Assembly (NCBI RefSeq): GCF_036321535.1
Contig: NC_087437.1
Span: 49,726,001-49,790,000 of the forward strand
Length of the DNA stretch: 64,000 nt
Direction of reading: 5' to 3'
Origin: Camelus dromedarius
Lineage: Eukaryota
Program-made: the position numbers and the translations under genes
Shown here: positions 12,986-26,240 of the stretch, in pieces
Position numbering within the stretch: position 1 is the first letter of the stretch
How the letters are laid out: every line of letters begins with the position of its first letter
The notes under the pieces: generated by a model
Databases searched by the model: none
Seen by the model: only the letters and a program-made list of their open reading frames with translations
What the model was told of the DNA's origin: nothing

Positions 12986-14164
12986 ATCATTTTTTATTGC
13001 TTTTTTCTTTTAAAAAACATTTTCTATTGGGATAATTTGAGATTTAGAGAAATGATGCAGAGATAGTACAGAAATGCATACACTCTTCCCCTAGTTTCTT
13101 TAGGATGATTTTTTTTTTAAATGTTTTAGTCTCTTAAAAATTTTGTTTCAGGATTTTATGTGCTAACAAGATTGGGTATAGTATTTGACAAAAGACTATG
13201 TTGCACTTTTTTGTTTAAAATGAGATCTCTATCATCTATGTCCTACTTTTCTAAAGCAAGGAGGGAGAAGAGGACCGTGATTGTGGCTAACAAATTCACT
13301 GATTGGTACAAGCAAGTGTTCACCCACCTCCAGCAAGATCAACAATTGGAAAGAGTCAGAACTGACAAATATGGGTGAGAGTTCTAGTAACTTTAATATG
13401 ATAATGCCCCCAATTTATTTTGTGCCTTGCCAATATATTTCCATATACTAGGTTTTGTTTCATATACACTCAAGAACGGCTTGAGATATTTTAAGATTTT
13501 TATCAAAAGAAGAAATTAAAAGTGACAAGTTCATTTGTGAGTCAGTGTACACTAAGGAAGGGTACAGCTTAGGTGCCCCACTTACTAGCCCCATGCTGTG
13601 CGTTTAAGTTAGACAGAGAACGTATTGAATTAGCTATATATTACGTGTTGAAAATTATCCAGTGTGATTTGTTCCAAACTCTAAACGTCGATACACTTAG
13701 GGATTCAGCTAAGTCAGTCTAAATTCCTTTCACCTGCAGGCATTTGGTGGCGTGGGCAGATGATCAATTGGTTTGACATTCATTTTCATTTGATTTCTGA
13801 GACAAGGCACTTAGCACCACATAGATTTGGCAATAGAGATCTGTGGACTGATTTGATAGGATCAGGTAAACAGAGGGTAACATTCTACCTGAAGACTGGA
13901 ATGTGAGGGTGGTGATACTTTCAGCTTCTTTATGACTTGTCACCTTGAAACCATGGAGAATCAAGCTGATGCTCTTAGTGTACATAGCAGAACAAGCTCC
14001 TGTTTCCCACTGGGACATTCGGAGAAAGCTATTGGTTAAATGATGTATATGATGTACAAGAGACGAATGGAAACACACACATTTTATTTAAGTTCGAGAT
14101 CTCAGAGCTCCTAGGGCCACCATCATCTTCAAATATTGTTTTCTCAATGGCTTTGGGCCAATGA

Positions 14165-14300
14165 CAGGCTCTTTACCTCAGCTTCTCAATTGATGAAATG
14201 GGAACTGTTATAGTGTGATTAATTTATCTCCTAAGGGGGTTGTTTATATTAATTAACTGCTGTTAAGAGCTTTGAAGATGAAAAGTGCTCACTGCTTATG
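14165..14300 (+). mobile_element. MIR fragment
   Basis: MIR core: cctcagcttctcaattgatgaaatgggaac...gaaaagtgct. Confidence 0.6.
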
Positions 14301-15437
14301 CCATGATTAGCCATGGAATAGTGGGATGTAACAACTGCCTCACCAGATAGATGACTGAGCCTGTTACACACGTAACCGGGAAATCTGTGAGGGGTAATGA
14401 CCCAGGGCAGAGAGACAGCTGAGGAAATCAGTCTCATCAAGGAATGTATTAGTTACACTCGAGCCTTGGTTTAAACGGTTGAAACTACCTTCTGAAATGT
14501 ATGTTTAAAATGTCATAACACTGGCACCACATTTTGCTTTGTCAGTACCCATAATGACATTTCTTCCCTGGACATATTTTCCCCATAAACCCAAAGAATC
14601 TACCTTGACTCGAATTCTAAAAAGTATCGATTATTTTCAATTACTCTTTGCATGTGCACTCACATACACCCACGGACAGCGGGCAGATTGCTATGGCTGA
14701 CAGGGTAGAACATTCTGCTTTTTATTTGTATTGTTTGAAGCAAGCCAAACACATTAGTGGTACATAAATGGCCACTGCTTTGAGCCAATGAATATTTAAG
14801 GATATTAATTTACTTCCTCTAATAGTCTGTAAGACATTTTTAAAAATAAACATATAGAACAATGGAATAAAATGTCAGACTTTGCGTTTGAGCTCTTGCT
14901 GAGGACTGTTTTACAGCTGAGTATATCATTACCTACCTACTTATGAGGTCATATTTCTCTACAGCTCATTGGAATTTATCTTTAATTTTATAGCAAACCA
15001 TAACTGCAAAGCCAACATGTCTTGGTACACATTTGCAGCACTGACATATTTATTTCAAGGGCACATGTTAAAGAAAACTAGAGACAGAGTCTTTCCACAG
15101 TTTTTTGGACTCGGAGTCTGGGTAATACTTTAAAGTGTTATTTTGATCAGGGTATCATTTTGGGAAGCTCCTCTAGCATTCTAATGATTCACAGATAATA
15201 TGCAATTCCATTTTGTTTTGAGACAATTCACAAATGTTTCTTTAATTTTTTTGATTCTGTTTCTGTGTTTTATATGTATATGCCTTTTTATTTAAAAAAA
15301 AAAACTAAGGGCAGCCTTCATTATTAGGGAAAACACTTCCTCTATATTGCAATTTCATCCTTAGAGCTTTTATTTGGAGTGGGATTTGAGAAAGCGCAAA
15401 TTTGAATTAATTCTCATTTCAAAAACAATCATTGAAT

Positions 15438-15605
15438 GGTGGGGAGGGTGTATGTAGCTCAGTGGTAGAGTATGTGCTTAGCGTGCATGAGGTCCTAGGT
15501 TCAATCCCCAGTACCTACATTAAAATAAATGAGTAAATAAATAAACCTAACTACCTCCCCCAACCAAAAAAAAAAAAAAAAACCCAAAACAAACAAACAA
15601 ACAAT
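15438..15605 (+). mobile_element. tRNA-derived SINE (camelid Vic-1-like)
   Basis: A box (tagctcagtgg) and B box (ggttcaatccc) in a tRNA-like head, A-rich tail, perfect 11-bp TSD aatcattgaat (15427-15437, 15606-15616). Confidence 0.92.
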
Positions 15606-15649
15606 AATCATTGAATACTTAGTATCCATACTTAAGAGATGTCACGGTG

Positions 15650-15850
15650 TAAAGAATGCCAAATTTTGAGTCAGGAAACCTGATTTTATATCCTCACACT
15701 GGTACTTCCTTGGCAGTGCAATTGTGACAAATCATTCGACCTCAGTATTTTCATTTATAAAATGGGAATAATACCTTTCTCATAGACCTACTGTAAGAAT
15801 TAAATGACCAATGTTTATGAGAGAGTGCCTGGATGTGGTAGGCACTACAC
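15650..15850 (+). mobile_element. MIR SINE
   Basis: tttgagtcaggaaacctg...cctcagtattttcatttataaaatgggaataatacc...gtgcctggatgtggtaggcact. Confidence 0.8.
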
Positions 15851-16467
15851 AACATTTTATTTATCCTTTTTGGCCAGTAGAATCCAGCAGACAACCCTGT
15901 CAAAAGGCCATTGTAGATTATCTAAAAGCTCAGGTTTGCATCATTTCTGTGTTTCTGACAACAGATCATTCTTGAATAATTTCCACAACTATAATGTACC
16001 TATAGCTTTTTCAGGCCTTGAGTCACAACACTCATATTGAAAGTTAATTTGATTTTAAAGAATTTACTCTTAAGGAAGAAAGTTTTACCCCAAATGATTC
16101 TTCTGTTGAGAATTCAATGATGTAAAACCTCACTGGGTATTTTATTCTTGTGTTTTTGTTTTTGTTTTAAAGGTAAGTTTTCAGAATGGCGAGCTGAGGA
16201 CATGACTGTGACTTCGGTGTGCTTCACGATTTAAACTTTTACAACTTTTAATCTATGTGTCCCTGAATTCACCATTTTCAGGCTCCAGCTACAATTTGAA
16301 TGAAGAAAAACATCAGACCCTGTTGGAACAAATGACAAGGAAATCCTCGCATAACCTTAAAAAGACAGAGAAAGGAATGGGGAAATGCCCACAATACCTA
16401 AGGGGGGAATAAGTCTTTTCGGAACACAAGCCCGAATAAATATTTGAACAGGAATGGTATCCTCATA

Positions 16468-16489
16468 TGTGTGTGTGTGTGTGTGTGTG
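16468..16489. repeat. (TG)11 microsatellite
   Basis: Read directly. Confidence 0.95.
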
Positions 16490-16509
16490 GTGAAAAGTTG
16501 GTCCATTTC

Positions 16510-16700
16510 AGGCCGCACATGCTGGCAGCCAGGGTGTTGACTTTCTCACCTGCGGATCGCGGGGGCGCAGACGTCTTCCTTTAAGCCCACCCCGCGCATG
16601 CGCACAGCCCCACCCCAGGAGGCGAGCGGCAGGCCGAGGCCCGCAAAGGGGGCACCCGGGCGCATCCCCTGGCCCAGACCGCTTTTTTGGACCCCCTTTT
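16510..16700 (-). promoter_or_regulatory. Small CpG island / candidate promoter with NRF1 site
   Basis: Locally GC- and CpG-rich in a CpG-poor window; GCGCATGCGC at 16594-16603; flanking CACCC boxes; minus-strand donor CAG|GTGAGA at 16550/16549. Confidence 0.7.
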
Positions 16701-19700
16701 TCAACTCTCCCACCCTGTTTTTTAATCACTCTCCACCAAATGCCATTTTAGTTACATCTACTTAACATCCCTGGAAATCATAATTCTCTGCCTAACAGAA
16801 CTGACAATATTTCTATTCCAGGTTGAGTTCTGCTTTCCTCATTTCAGTTTTATGGTAAAACTCCACACATTTGGATTCAGAGGAAAGGCAAGAGGCCAAT
16901 TCAAGTTTTTGAGAGTTTGGATTGCAGACGCTGCTAAAAACAAGCGTTGACCACAGCAGGCTGAGAAGTACAGATCTTTAGCAAGTTCAACTTACTTACA
17001 TACTGCAGGGCAGGGTTGAGGGTCAGGTTAGAAAGCCATTTTGAAGGTACCTTAACAATCATGAATGTGGGCACTATCCAGGTTGCCCCTTGTTGGCTGG
17101 TGAGTTCAAGAAGGAAGGAAGTGGGTTTAAGAGATTACTTCTGAGGGCAGAAGACTCTGGTACCCATTATGGAGATGCCCACCATCATGGGTCCCAATAT
17201 CCTACTTGATGTGACAAACACCCAAAAGTTAGTTTGAAAAATGGCATTGCACTCTTATATGAAATGAAAATGTCAAAAACAAATTACTGTCTACATGGGA
17301 GCCATCTGTTGTTTATAAGTATTTTTAGGCATTTGCAATGTTTTCAGAAGATAATAGCTTTGGTTGCTTTTGATGCATCACTCTGTGATGAAAATGGTTA
17401 TGTCTAATGTTTTTTTTTTTTAGCTCACCTCAGCCTTTAAGAGATTAATAATTCTAATTATTATCATTATTTTAAAAAATACAGTAACAGATCATTGTGT
17501 TCTTTTTACACTTTGACCTGCTTGCCTTCTTGTACTGGATCCCTGTACTCACCATAAACTTTGTTCTTCCAGGCAGACTTTGGGAGAGTAGGAAAGGCCT
17601 AGGTTTTCAATAGTCTAACACTTGTCAAGGAAGTCAGTGTGCTGTTCACACCAGTACTCAGGATTCTAGTCAGAGTCATGGCTGGCATAAACAACCCATT
17701 TTAAAATCAGAAGAGTGGTTTAATTCTTGGAAAGCATTTACCCAAATTTGCAAAGCTGGATTCTAATGAACCCATTCTTGACTTCATAGATGAATTGTGA
17801 ACTTTTTATCCAGGTGGATGGAATTAAATGAGATAATGTCTGTAAAATGCCAGGCACAGAGTCTGGCACCCAGGAAACACTAAATAAATAAAAGCAGTTA
17901 TAACACGGTTAAAACAAGCCTCCAGATTTCACTCAGAACAAAGAGAGGGAGAAGAGGAAGACCGTGTCAGCCGCAGCTTCCGTAGCTCTTCCGTTGTGCT
18001 TGTGTGTGTGTGATGCGCATTTCCCTGGACCTGTTTGGATCTCTGTGGAATGATCACCCTCCCCATACTCAGATTTACTCTGTAGAGGCAGTCCAGCACA
18101 GCACTTCTCAAAGGGTACTGGCTTGCCATGTTCTGGGACCAACTATATGCCAGTGAGAGTGTAACGGACAGAAGAGGGACGTTCTGGGGGCATGTCATTA
18201 TTTGGGTCCCCCAAAAGTCAACATCAGTGTTAGCTGGCAACTTCCCTCCAGGCTTAAGGGTTTCTCAGGATATTGTCATCAGTTCACAAGTCACTTCATT
18301 GCCCTGACTCAATTCTTGACTAACCTGCTCTTTCAGAAGCATAGCTTCCAGTAGTTGCCCAAGACAAACAGATTGGCTGAACTATGAGGCGGTGTTTTAC
18401 AAGAGGGCAGCTCTCCCTCTGGATGGATTTGTATGCAGAAGCTTCACTGGAGAGGAATATCATTCAAATTTGTGTGTGCATAGGGGCGAGGAGGTAGGAA
18501 TATAGCTGCCCAGCCTGAAACTGGCCCAGGTCCTAGACTGCCATTAACTTCTCCAAAAGTGAACTTCAGTGACCAACAACTTCAAGCTGACTTTTAGGAC
18601 TTAGCATCAGTGACAAAGTGCTAGGTCCCATTAGGACCTAAAACATCTCCAGAGGCAGTTGGTCTGCAAACTCAGTGAGCAGCCATCTACCCAACTCCTG
18701 TGGCCATTCTGATTTCAGGAAACAGCAAACCCTGAAATTCCAGAACCCATATGTCAAGGTCTTCGGAAGCCAGATGCCCCCAACAGCCCCTCTTCAGAGA
18801 ATAGCAGCAGAGGACCATCCTCTGTCACTGATAGGTTCTGGTTTTCTGTCCTCATGGATTGATCTGGGGCAGTAATAGACGAGTGCGTGGGGAATGGGGG
18901 TGTGAACTGGGGTGGGAGAGCAGATTCAACGAGGAGATGATGGGCTCAAACGGAGAGAATGTATTTCATGAGCCTAAACCAAGACAAGTGGGGCAAAGAG
19001 GCTGACCTCAGGGAGACTGAAACCACACCCTTCCAGCGAATTCAGTGTCCTAGTTATGGCTGAGGCCAGTTGGTAGGCATGGCTCTCCCACCCCTTTTCT
19101 GGGACCTTAATTCTTTCCTTCCTGCCTCACATTCTCCACTTCCACCATGCTCTTTACATTTCTTTCGTGGCTTTTAAAAAGACCTCCAAAATACGCACCA
19201 GGCTGTCTGGGAGGAAGAGGGTTGATATTATTCATTTTAAAACTTTTTTAAAAAGATTTTAAAACTCCGTATTTGGGGATTATATTACTCATTGCCTTAA
19301 GCACTTACTACTTTTGAAATATAAAAAAGAAAGTTGATAAATATTTTCTTTCCACTACTGTTCCCCTCCCCCAAGTCTTCTGGTTCAAAAGTAATCCTCC
19401 TTCCATCCCAGCACCCCCCACCTCCCCTCAAATTTGTATTTCCCAAATACTGCCTTCTCAGCAAGCAAGATAGTGATCAAACTATTTGGTTAAAGTAATT
19501 CCACTAATGCGTGTGTGAGAAGTGGTGCTGGGTGATGTTGACATTGACGATTACCCAAAAAGTGGCTGGAGGGCATTTGAAGAGCAGTTGGCCTGGGTGG
19601 TAATCCAGCTACCACTGTTAGCTTCACTCAGGACTTTGAGCATGTCACTTCAAATGCCGGTATCTTTGCCCTAATTTTTTATTTTCATGCAAAACTAAGA

Positions 19701-21664
19701 AATAATACTACCACTCTGGCTAACCTCAAAGGACTCTGAAAGTTTATGAAAAGACATTTTTTTTTCTTAGTTTGTAACTATTCACTGCATTTTTCTCTCG
19801 TAGGTCTGGTGGCAGTGGTGGTACAGGAAGACAGAGAGAAGGGAATACCATTTTTCTTTACCAAGGAGAAAAGAAATGTTCCCCATTGACCTAGATGTCT
19901 TGGGAATTTTTTTTTCTTAAAGGGATATGCAGATTTAAGAAGTGCCTTATAGTCGGTAACCATCAAAACCTAAAACACAAACTACTGGGCTTTGTACTCT
20001 TTACAGATCGACAGGACCTAGAAACAGCTCCCTTACTGTCATCCCGCTTTCTGTAGAGCACCGTGCTAGGCAACTGGCCTCCCGAAGGATGCGCTTTTCC
20101 ACACCAAGCACCTACCCTGTCCTTTGACTGTCCTGTTTGTGTACTGGGCTCTGTCTGTGAAACAGAACTTCTTAAAACGAGAAAAATTAAATGCCCTTTT
20201 AAGAAATGAAATGAGAATGAAATTTCAGTTGCAGGCAAAGCCTATATTATTTTTAAAAGCAATGAATAAAAAAAGGGAAATTAAATCATAAACTTTACCT
20301 GAACCAGTTCCTCCTCTTTTTTTTTTTTTTTTTTTTTTTTAAACTTTCTTCCCCTCATAGGAGAATAGTTCATCCGGCCTCACTGTGTTCATTACCACAT
20401 AGCTGGCATGGTTGTCTCACGCAAACACCAAGAAGATATGAAGCTAAATCAACAGACCCTGATTTGTTGGCTCAACCAAGTATAAACTAGCCACTGGAAA
20501 ATCAAGTTGAAAACATAGGACAAATATATGAAAGAGACAAGCCACAGCTTGCAGGAAAGAAAATGTTTGCAGAAAACTCCAGCATTACAGGTTTATCTAA
20601 GGTGTGGTCTCAGGTAAGCTGCAGTAATTATCCAGGATACCACGGCTAGTGGCTGAAAACCCGAGGTGCTTCACGGACTTAACCCTTTCATCCCACCCCA
20701 GACAGTTTCTTAGAGGAGATCACACTATAGTAGGTTAGATTAAACTAGAAGATGTATTTTTATTGTAATTGAAATTATTTTTAATTTATTGCTACCACTG
20801 CCTACCAAAGATATTTCTTAACTCTGACCTTTATCATGTTCTTTTTGCAACTTAGGTTTATGAATGGATAGGCCTTCATTTTATGATGCATCCTGTTTGG
20901 AGATTTTATACCACTTGGGGGCTTTAGGGTTTAGGGATGATGTGCTTTAGGAAGCAAAAAGAGCTAAAGATCGCATTCTGGTCTTGTCTCTGGCCTGAGG
21001 AGACATGTCGTTCCGGAGTGGGAATTACATGTGCAAAAAAAAAACCAACTTCACAACTTGGATCTCGGTTTCCTTATCTTATACATGGGGTGACATTGTG
21101 GGGTCTCTGAAGACCGTTTCACTCTAAGTCTCCATTCTTCTATTCTGTGACATCAGGAAGCAGTTCTTTCCAACTATATCCACACACACACACAAATACA
21201 TCTAAATTATTGATTAATTATAGCATCTGAATTCAGAAAAGCTGTAATATTTTGAGGCTGCTTTATTTTTGCTAAGTAATGAGAAAATATAAAAAGCACT
21301 CATTTTAGTTTAAATTGTCCCCAAGGGAAAAAAATAATCTTCCACCTACTTGACTTCACTTGGAAATGACCTGATTATATTTGTCTTACTAAGTGTTTAG
21401 GAATTTCACATCCTATTAGCATTCCTATTTCCTCTGAATATACTTTCATGTTTTCTTTTCGAATGGCTTTAGCTCTGCATTAAATACAGAGCTCGGGAGA
21501 GAAGACGCCTATCCCTACGCCTCTGTTCCTCCTAGAATCTAGCACTTCGCTTAGCCCCCTCCCAACAGGGACTGTGCAGATCCCTATAGCTACTGCTCCA
21601 TCAAACCCTAAGGCTGGAAGAAACTTTAGGCATCCTCTTATCTAGTGTCTCACTTTTAAAAGGG

Positions 21665-21920
21665 ATGATAATAGTATTATAATAATTAATAGCTATCATT
21701 GTGTGAGTATTTACTATAAAACCAGATACTGTGCTGGGCATGTTATGTTCATTACTCATTCAGTTTTTAAAACAGCCTCATGAGGTAGGCTTTGTTATCC
21801 CCATTTTGTATATTAGCAAATCAGAGCAAAGAGCATTTAGGGAACTTACTCCCAAGTCCATACAGTGAGTAACTTCAACTCAAACTCTGGCCTGTCAGGC
21901 ACTGAAATCCTTTCATTTCC
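21665..21920 (-). mobile_element. MIR SINE
   Basis: aatagctatcattg...gagtatttactat...actgtgctgggc...atccccattttgtatatt...cccaagtccatacag. Confidence 0.8.
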
Positions 21921-21924
21921 TTAC

Positions 21925-22095
21925 TGTTGGTCATTACAAGATGCTCCAGGTTCATCCTGGATATTTCCTGCCCCAGCCCTAGAATCATTCATTTCTCCAA
22001 GGAGCCCTGGTTCCTTTTATTGGAAAGCGGTATTAGAAATCAAGGTCTGAGCACTAGTGTTCTCATTGCTTCTGGGGTGTCATTGCATCCTGGCC
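21925..22095 (-). mobile_element. Old L1 3' UTR fragment (L1MC4-like)
   Basis: acaagatgctccaggttcatc...tttcctgccccagccctagaatc...catttctccaaggagccctggttcctttta is an L1MC-type motif. Confidence 0.8.
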
Positions 22096-22659
22096 CAGAA
22101 TCCTTTTGTCTGAAGTCTAGCAGAAGTGCCCTTTCTGGGAGAAGCTTTTATAAACAGATCATTGAAAGTGGAAGAGCTTTCGGGGTCCCTCGTGAATGCA
22201 TATCCCCTCTCATCCACACCACCTGTGTCAGAACAAGGGGGATGATGCTATAATACAACACCTGAGCAGCTGGCAAAGGCAGGTTTAGGCCCCCAGAGGC
22301 TTTAAAAGGAAACCCAGAAGCCCACAAACTCCCCCAAACAATTTTGTTTTAAATATGGTTTTTATGTTAATCTCAGTCACAATAGATGATCTAAATCAAA
22401 GGAGAGCCCCATGGAAAATTACTGTAAAGCACAAGGCGACAAGGGGCTGCTCGGCCAAGAAACATACCTAACAAATTGCTGCAGGATCATGCTGGATGAA
22501 GCCTCATTGTGGTTATTAGATGTTCGACTTAGGGCCGCGTACCTCTTCTGATCTATCCCGCTGCCGTCAGTGTTTGCAAACAGAAACCAAGGTTACTGCT
22601 GCATCCATCCCAGAGCTCACACACTCAAGAAGCCGGGCAGCCTCCTGGTTCTGGCCACA

Positions 22660-22860
22660 GACGTTAGTGTCAAATAGGTCTGAATCCTAGCTTTGCTGTT
22701 TCCTACCTTTAGAACTTGGGGCAACTCAAATCTCTCTGAGACTCACTTTCCAATGGGAATAAAGAGAGTGTCGACTTCCCAAGCAGGTTGAGGATTCAAT
22801 AAGATAATGTTGATAAAACATCTTTCATAGTGAGTGCTCAATAAATATTAGTTATTTTTA
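22660..22860 (+). mobile_element. MIR SINE
   Basis: gaatcctagctttgct...cttggggcaa...ctctctgagactcactttcc...gaggattcaataagataatg...gtgctcaataaatattag. Confidence 0.75.
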
Positions 22861-24339
22861 TGTCTGTTATGTAATATTATATTAATTTATATATGTATTA
22901 TGTCTTTCTGCTCACCTTCTTACATTTCAAAGGGCTAGTTATGGCCTGTGGGCAGGTAGATTCTACATCTATTATCAATCACATCTCTAACACTGTTTTT
23001 CTATATGGGTTTCATTGTTTTCTTTTTGGAGCTGGTAATAACAAATCTAGCCAGCAAGAGACTGTGGAATTGCTTCAGACCTGTACTCTGTAAGCCAGAG
23101 TTCTAGGATCACATTGGACATATTTGGGCAACCTCAGTAACACCGTTAATGGATGAACATGGATCAGTGCCAAAGTTAAGTTCTGAGAGTCCTAGTTAGG
23201 TGGAATGTTTTCCAAGCAACTAGTGTACAATTTGGGGAAGCCATCTTGGCCATGTGACAGTCTTCCTGTGAGCCATTGTATTAGTCTAAGCATGCCTTTT
23301 AGAGACCTTAGCTAAAGATTTTGTATTATTTACAATTCACCTTAGAAGATCTGGGAATAGTCAAGCTGATTGGAAAAGGCAGTGGGCACTTCAAGTTCAA
23401 TGCAAATTATCAAGGCGGTTTAGACAAATTAAAGACCTCTTTAACTCCCGGTGCTTAATATGAAAAGCATCCAGCCTAACACAATAGGTCACACTTAAAT
23501 GATTCTCTCTTTAAGAATTAAACTGTCTTTGCACCATGCATTGGTGGCAGAAGATAATAAGATGCAGCTCCCCTAACTGAATCTTTCTTAAAGGAACTGA
23601 CCAGGTAAAAGAATGGAGTTACTGTGCATGAAAAAAGAGAAATACAAAAATAATTTGACCTGCAAAAAGAATCAATTTTTCTGTGTACTGGAGCAAGACG
23701 CTAACAAGCATGACAGTGAGCCCTTCGGCTATTGAAACACTCTGTAAAGGCTTCGCTTCTGCACAGAAGGCATCTGTGGACGAGATTTCAATGTGGGGTG
23801 ATGCTAACCGCCTAGGTCCAAATTCATAAAGAGTTTTTGATAGGAATATGTCTGTAACTACCAGGGGTTGGGATTAGTTACAAGACATGTATGGGTGGGG
23901 GAGGTGGGATTAACAGGCTATTGAGGATTTAACCCTCTGGAGAAACAGCATATTACCTCTGTCTGAGACTGCCAACCACCACAGAACATTTGCCTATGGC
24001 TCAACATTCGTGTTTGTAAGAAAGGGGCACTTTTGTTAGCATTGGCCTAGAAAGGCCAGAGGACTGAATGGGGTTAAAACATTCAATTTCTTCTAAATAA
24101 GGTGGTAATTCCCCTGCATTTCACCTGAATAAGGTGGTAGCGGCGATGACGGAGTTGGGAAGAGACTCCTTTTTTAATGAGATTGCATGAAGCTGCCTGA
24201 GAATTTCTGTCATATTCTTTGGTGAATAGGCCTTTTAAGTTCTTCATAAATTCAAAATTTTTTCTCTCCAGCAAATATATTATGGCTCTAAATTTGCAAT
24301 GAATGTGTGAGAGACACTGTTCTTTATATCCGTTTCCTT

Positions 24340-24505
24340 ATTGAACGACCACAGTAAGCCCCTAGGGCAGAGGTAGTTATTCCCAATGAACAGCTCCACA
24401 AACTAAGGCTCAGAGAGTAAGCAACAAGGCCAAGTTTATACAATAGTAAGTGGAAAAGTGGAGATTTGAACCTGGGTCTGTCCAATTCTAAGATGATGCT
24501 CCTAA
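24340..24505 (-). mobile_element. MIR SINE
   Basis: aaactaaggctcagagag...agtaagtggaaaagtggagatttgaacctgggtctgtc. Confidence 0.75.
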
Positions 24506-25328
24506 TCATTATACGATCATCTTGATTCCACTGGGCTTCCCCATCCCTGGGGAAGTTCAGGACAGTTCCAACAGAAGGACCGGAAACGAATCCCCAGTTG
24601 TTCCTCAAGGAAGAGGACTTTTTCATATTATAACACTATTCAATTTCAAGAGCTAACATGTGTTTTTTTGTGTGTGTGTTTTGAAATGTGAATCATAAAT
24701 ATACTTCTGGAGACACAGAATAAAACATTTTAAATTGGAACTAGCAGACAATACTGAATGCCTGGTCACCTTAATTATAAGACATGCAGCACAATGAATG
24801 GTGTTGCAATTTCTAGGCCCTGACACAGCATACCGGGTGGGATGGGAGGTTAAGGACATTCTGACTATCTAGATGACTCTCTTTTCTTTCACATGGCAAA
24901 AGGGTGCAAGCACCACTTACAACTCCAGTGTGAGAACAAGTGACTCTGATCTTGAGTCAGTGCCCATCTACCCACCAAGACTTTTTGATGGGTTCGGCCA
25001 TCCCTCTGGTTTCTTGATGGGTGTTGAGGATGGCTTTAATGGCAGCACATGAGTAGAACCTGGTAATGTGAAAATGTGAGGACACACAATAAACAATGTG
25101 AGCAGAACAGAGAAATGGCTAAAGCCACAGAGTGACTGAGGCTACTGAAAAAGTGCTGGCACCCTGCCTCCTGTTTCTCGCTCCTCCACATCATTACCTT
25201 CTGCAGTCTGGGCAAAGCCCTCCCTGCGTTCCCCACCCCCGAAAGGGTCTCAGTCCCATTTTCCTCCATCTAGTTAGCTAGACTCCATCTGAAAAATAAA
25301 TTCATATATTCCTGCCAAGAATATTTTA

Positions 25329-25997
25329 TTTTATTTCTTTACTTCCAGTTTTATTGAGATGTAATTGACAGACAGCACTGTATAAGGTGTACAGCATAAT
25401 GATTTGACTTGCATACATCAGAAAACGATTATCACAATAAATTTAGTGAACATCCATCAACACACAGATACAAAATGAAAGAAATAGAAAAAAATTTTTT
25501 CCTTGTGGTAAGAAGTCTTAGGATTTACTCTCTTAACAACTTTCATATATAACATACAACAGTATTAATTATATTTATCATGTTGTACTTAATTATCTTA
25601 TACTTAATTATCTTATAACTGAAAGTTTGTATCTTTTGACCACCTTCATCCAATTCCCTTCCTCCCACCATCCCTCCACTCCTGCCCTGGTAACCACAAG
25701 TCTGATCTCTTTTTCTATGCTTGATTATTTATTTGTTTGTTTGTTTTTGAAATATAAATGACCTACAACACTTTGTTAGCTCCTGTTACACAATACAGTG
25801 ATTCAATATTTCTATACATTTCAAACTGATAACCACAATAAGTCTAGTTAAGATCTTACAAAGATATTACATAGTTGTTCACTGTATTCCCCACACTGTA
25901 CATTGCATACCTGTGACTCATTTATTTTGCAACTGGAAGTTTGTACCTCTTAATCTCCCTCACCTGTTTCTTTCCTCCACCAACCCCTCTCCCCTCT
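25329..25997 (-). mobile_element. 5'-truncated L1 3' UTR (L1MA9-like, laurasiatherian type)
   Basis: ttttattgagatgtaattgaca...ttaggatttactctcttaacaacttt...ctggtaaccac; 17-bp TSD ctgccaagaatatttta (25312-25328) vs ctgccaaggatatttta (25998-26014). Confidence 0.9.
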
Positions 25998-26240
25998 CTG
26001 CCAAGGATATTTTAAATTCAACAGGTTCAAATGGACCAAAACCACCTTGCAAAAAAAATGTATAAAAAGCATATGGTTATTTAAAATCTTTCACATAAGA
26101 GCGGAGTGCCAGAAAGCAGAGAAATCAGAGACCAAAGGGAATACTATTGGGCCTAGTACTTCAACATAACATTTTTTCTGAAAGGCACAGACTATTACGA
26201 GAAAAGTCTAGACAGGGATAATGACCTTTTACTAAGAGTT

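Noticed and set aside
15441..15515. tRNA-like sequence (also 39645-39717)
   Set aside because: Head of a SINE with an A-rich tail and TSD, not a tRNA gene
16508..16729. 73-aa ORF over the CpG island (also 51449-51667)
   Set aside because: Stop-codon scarcity in GC-rich DNA; non-ATG starts and no recognisable homology
24096..24139. 12-bp direct repeat aataaggtggta, 32 bp apart
   Set aside because: Too short and isolated to interpret; no element between the copies
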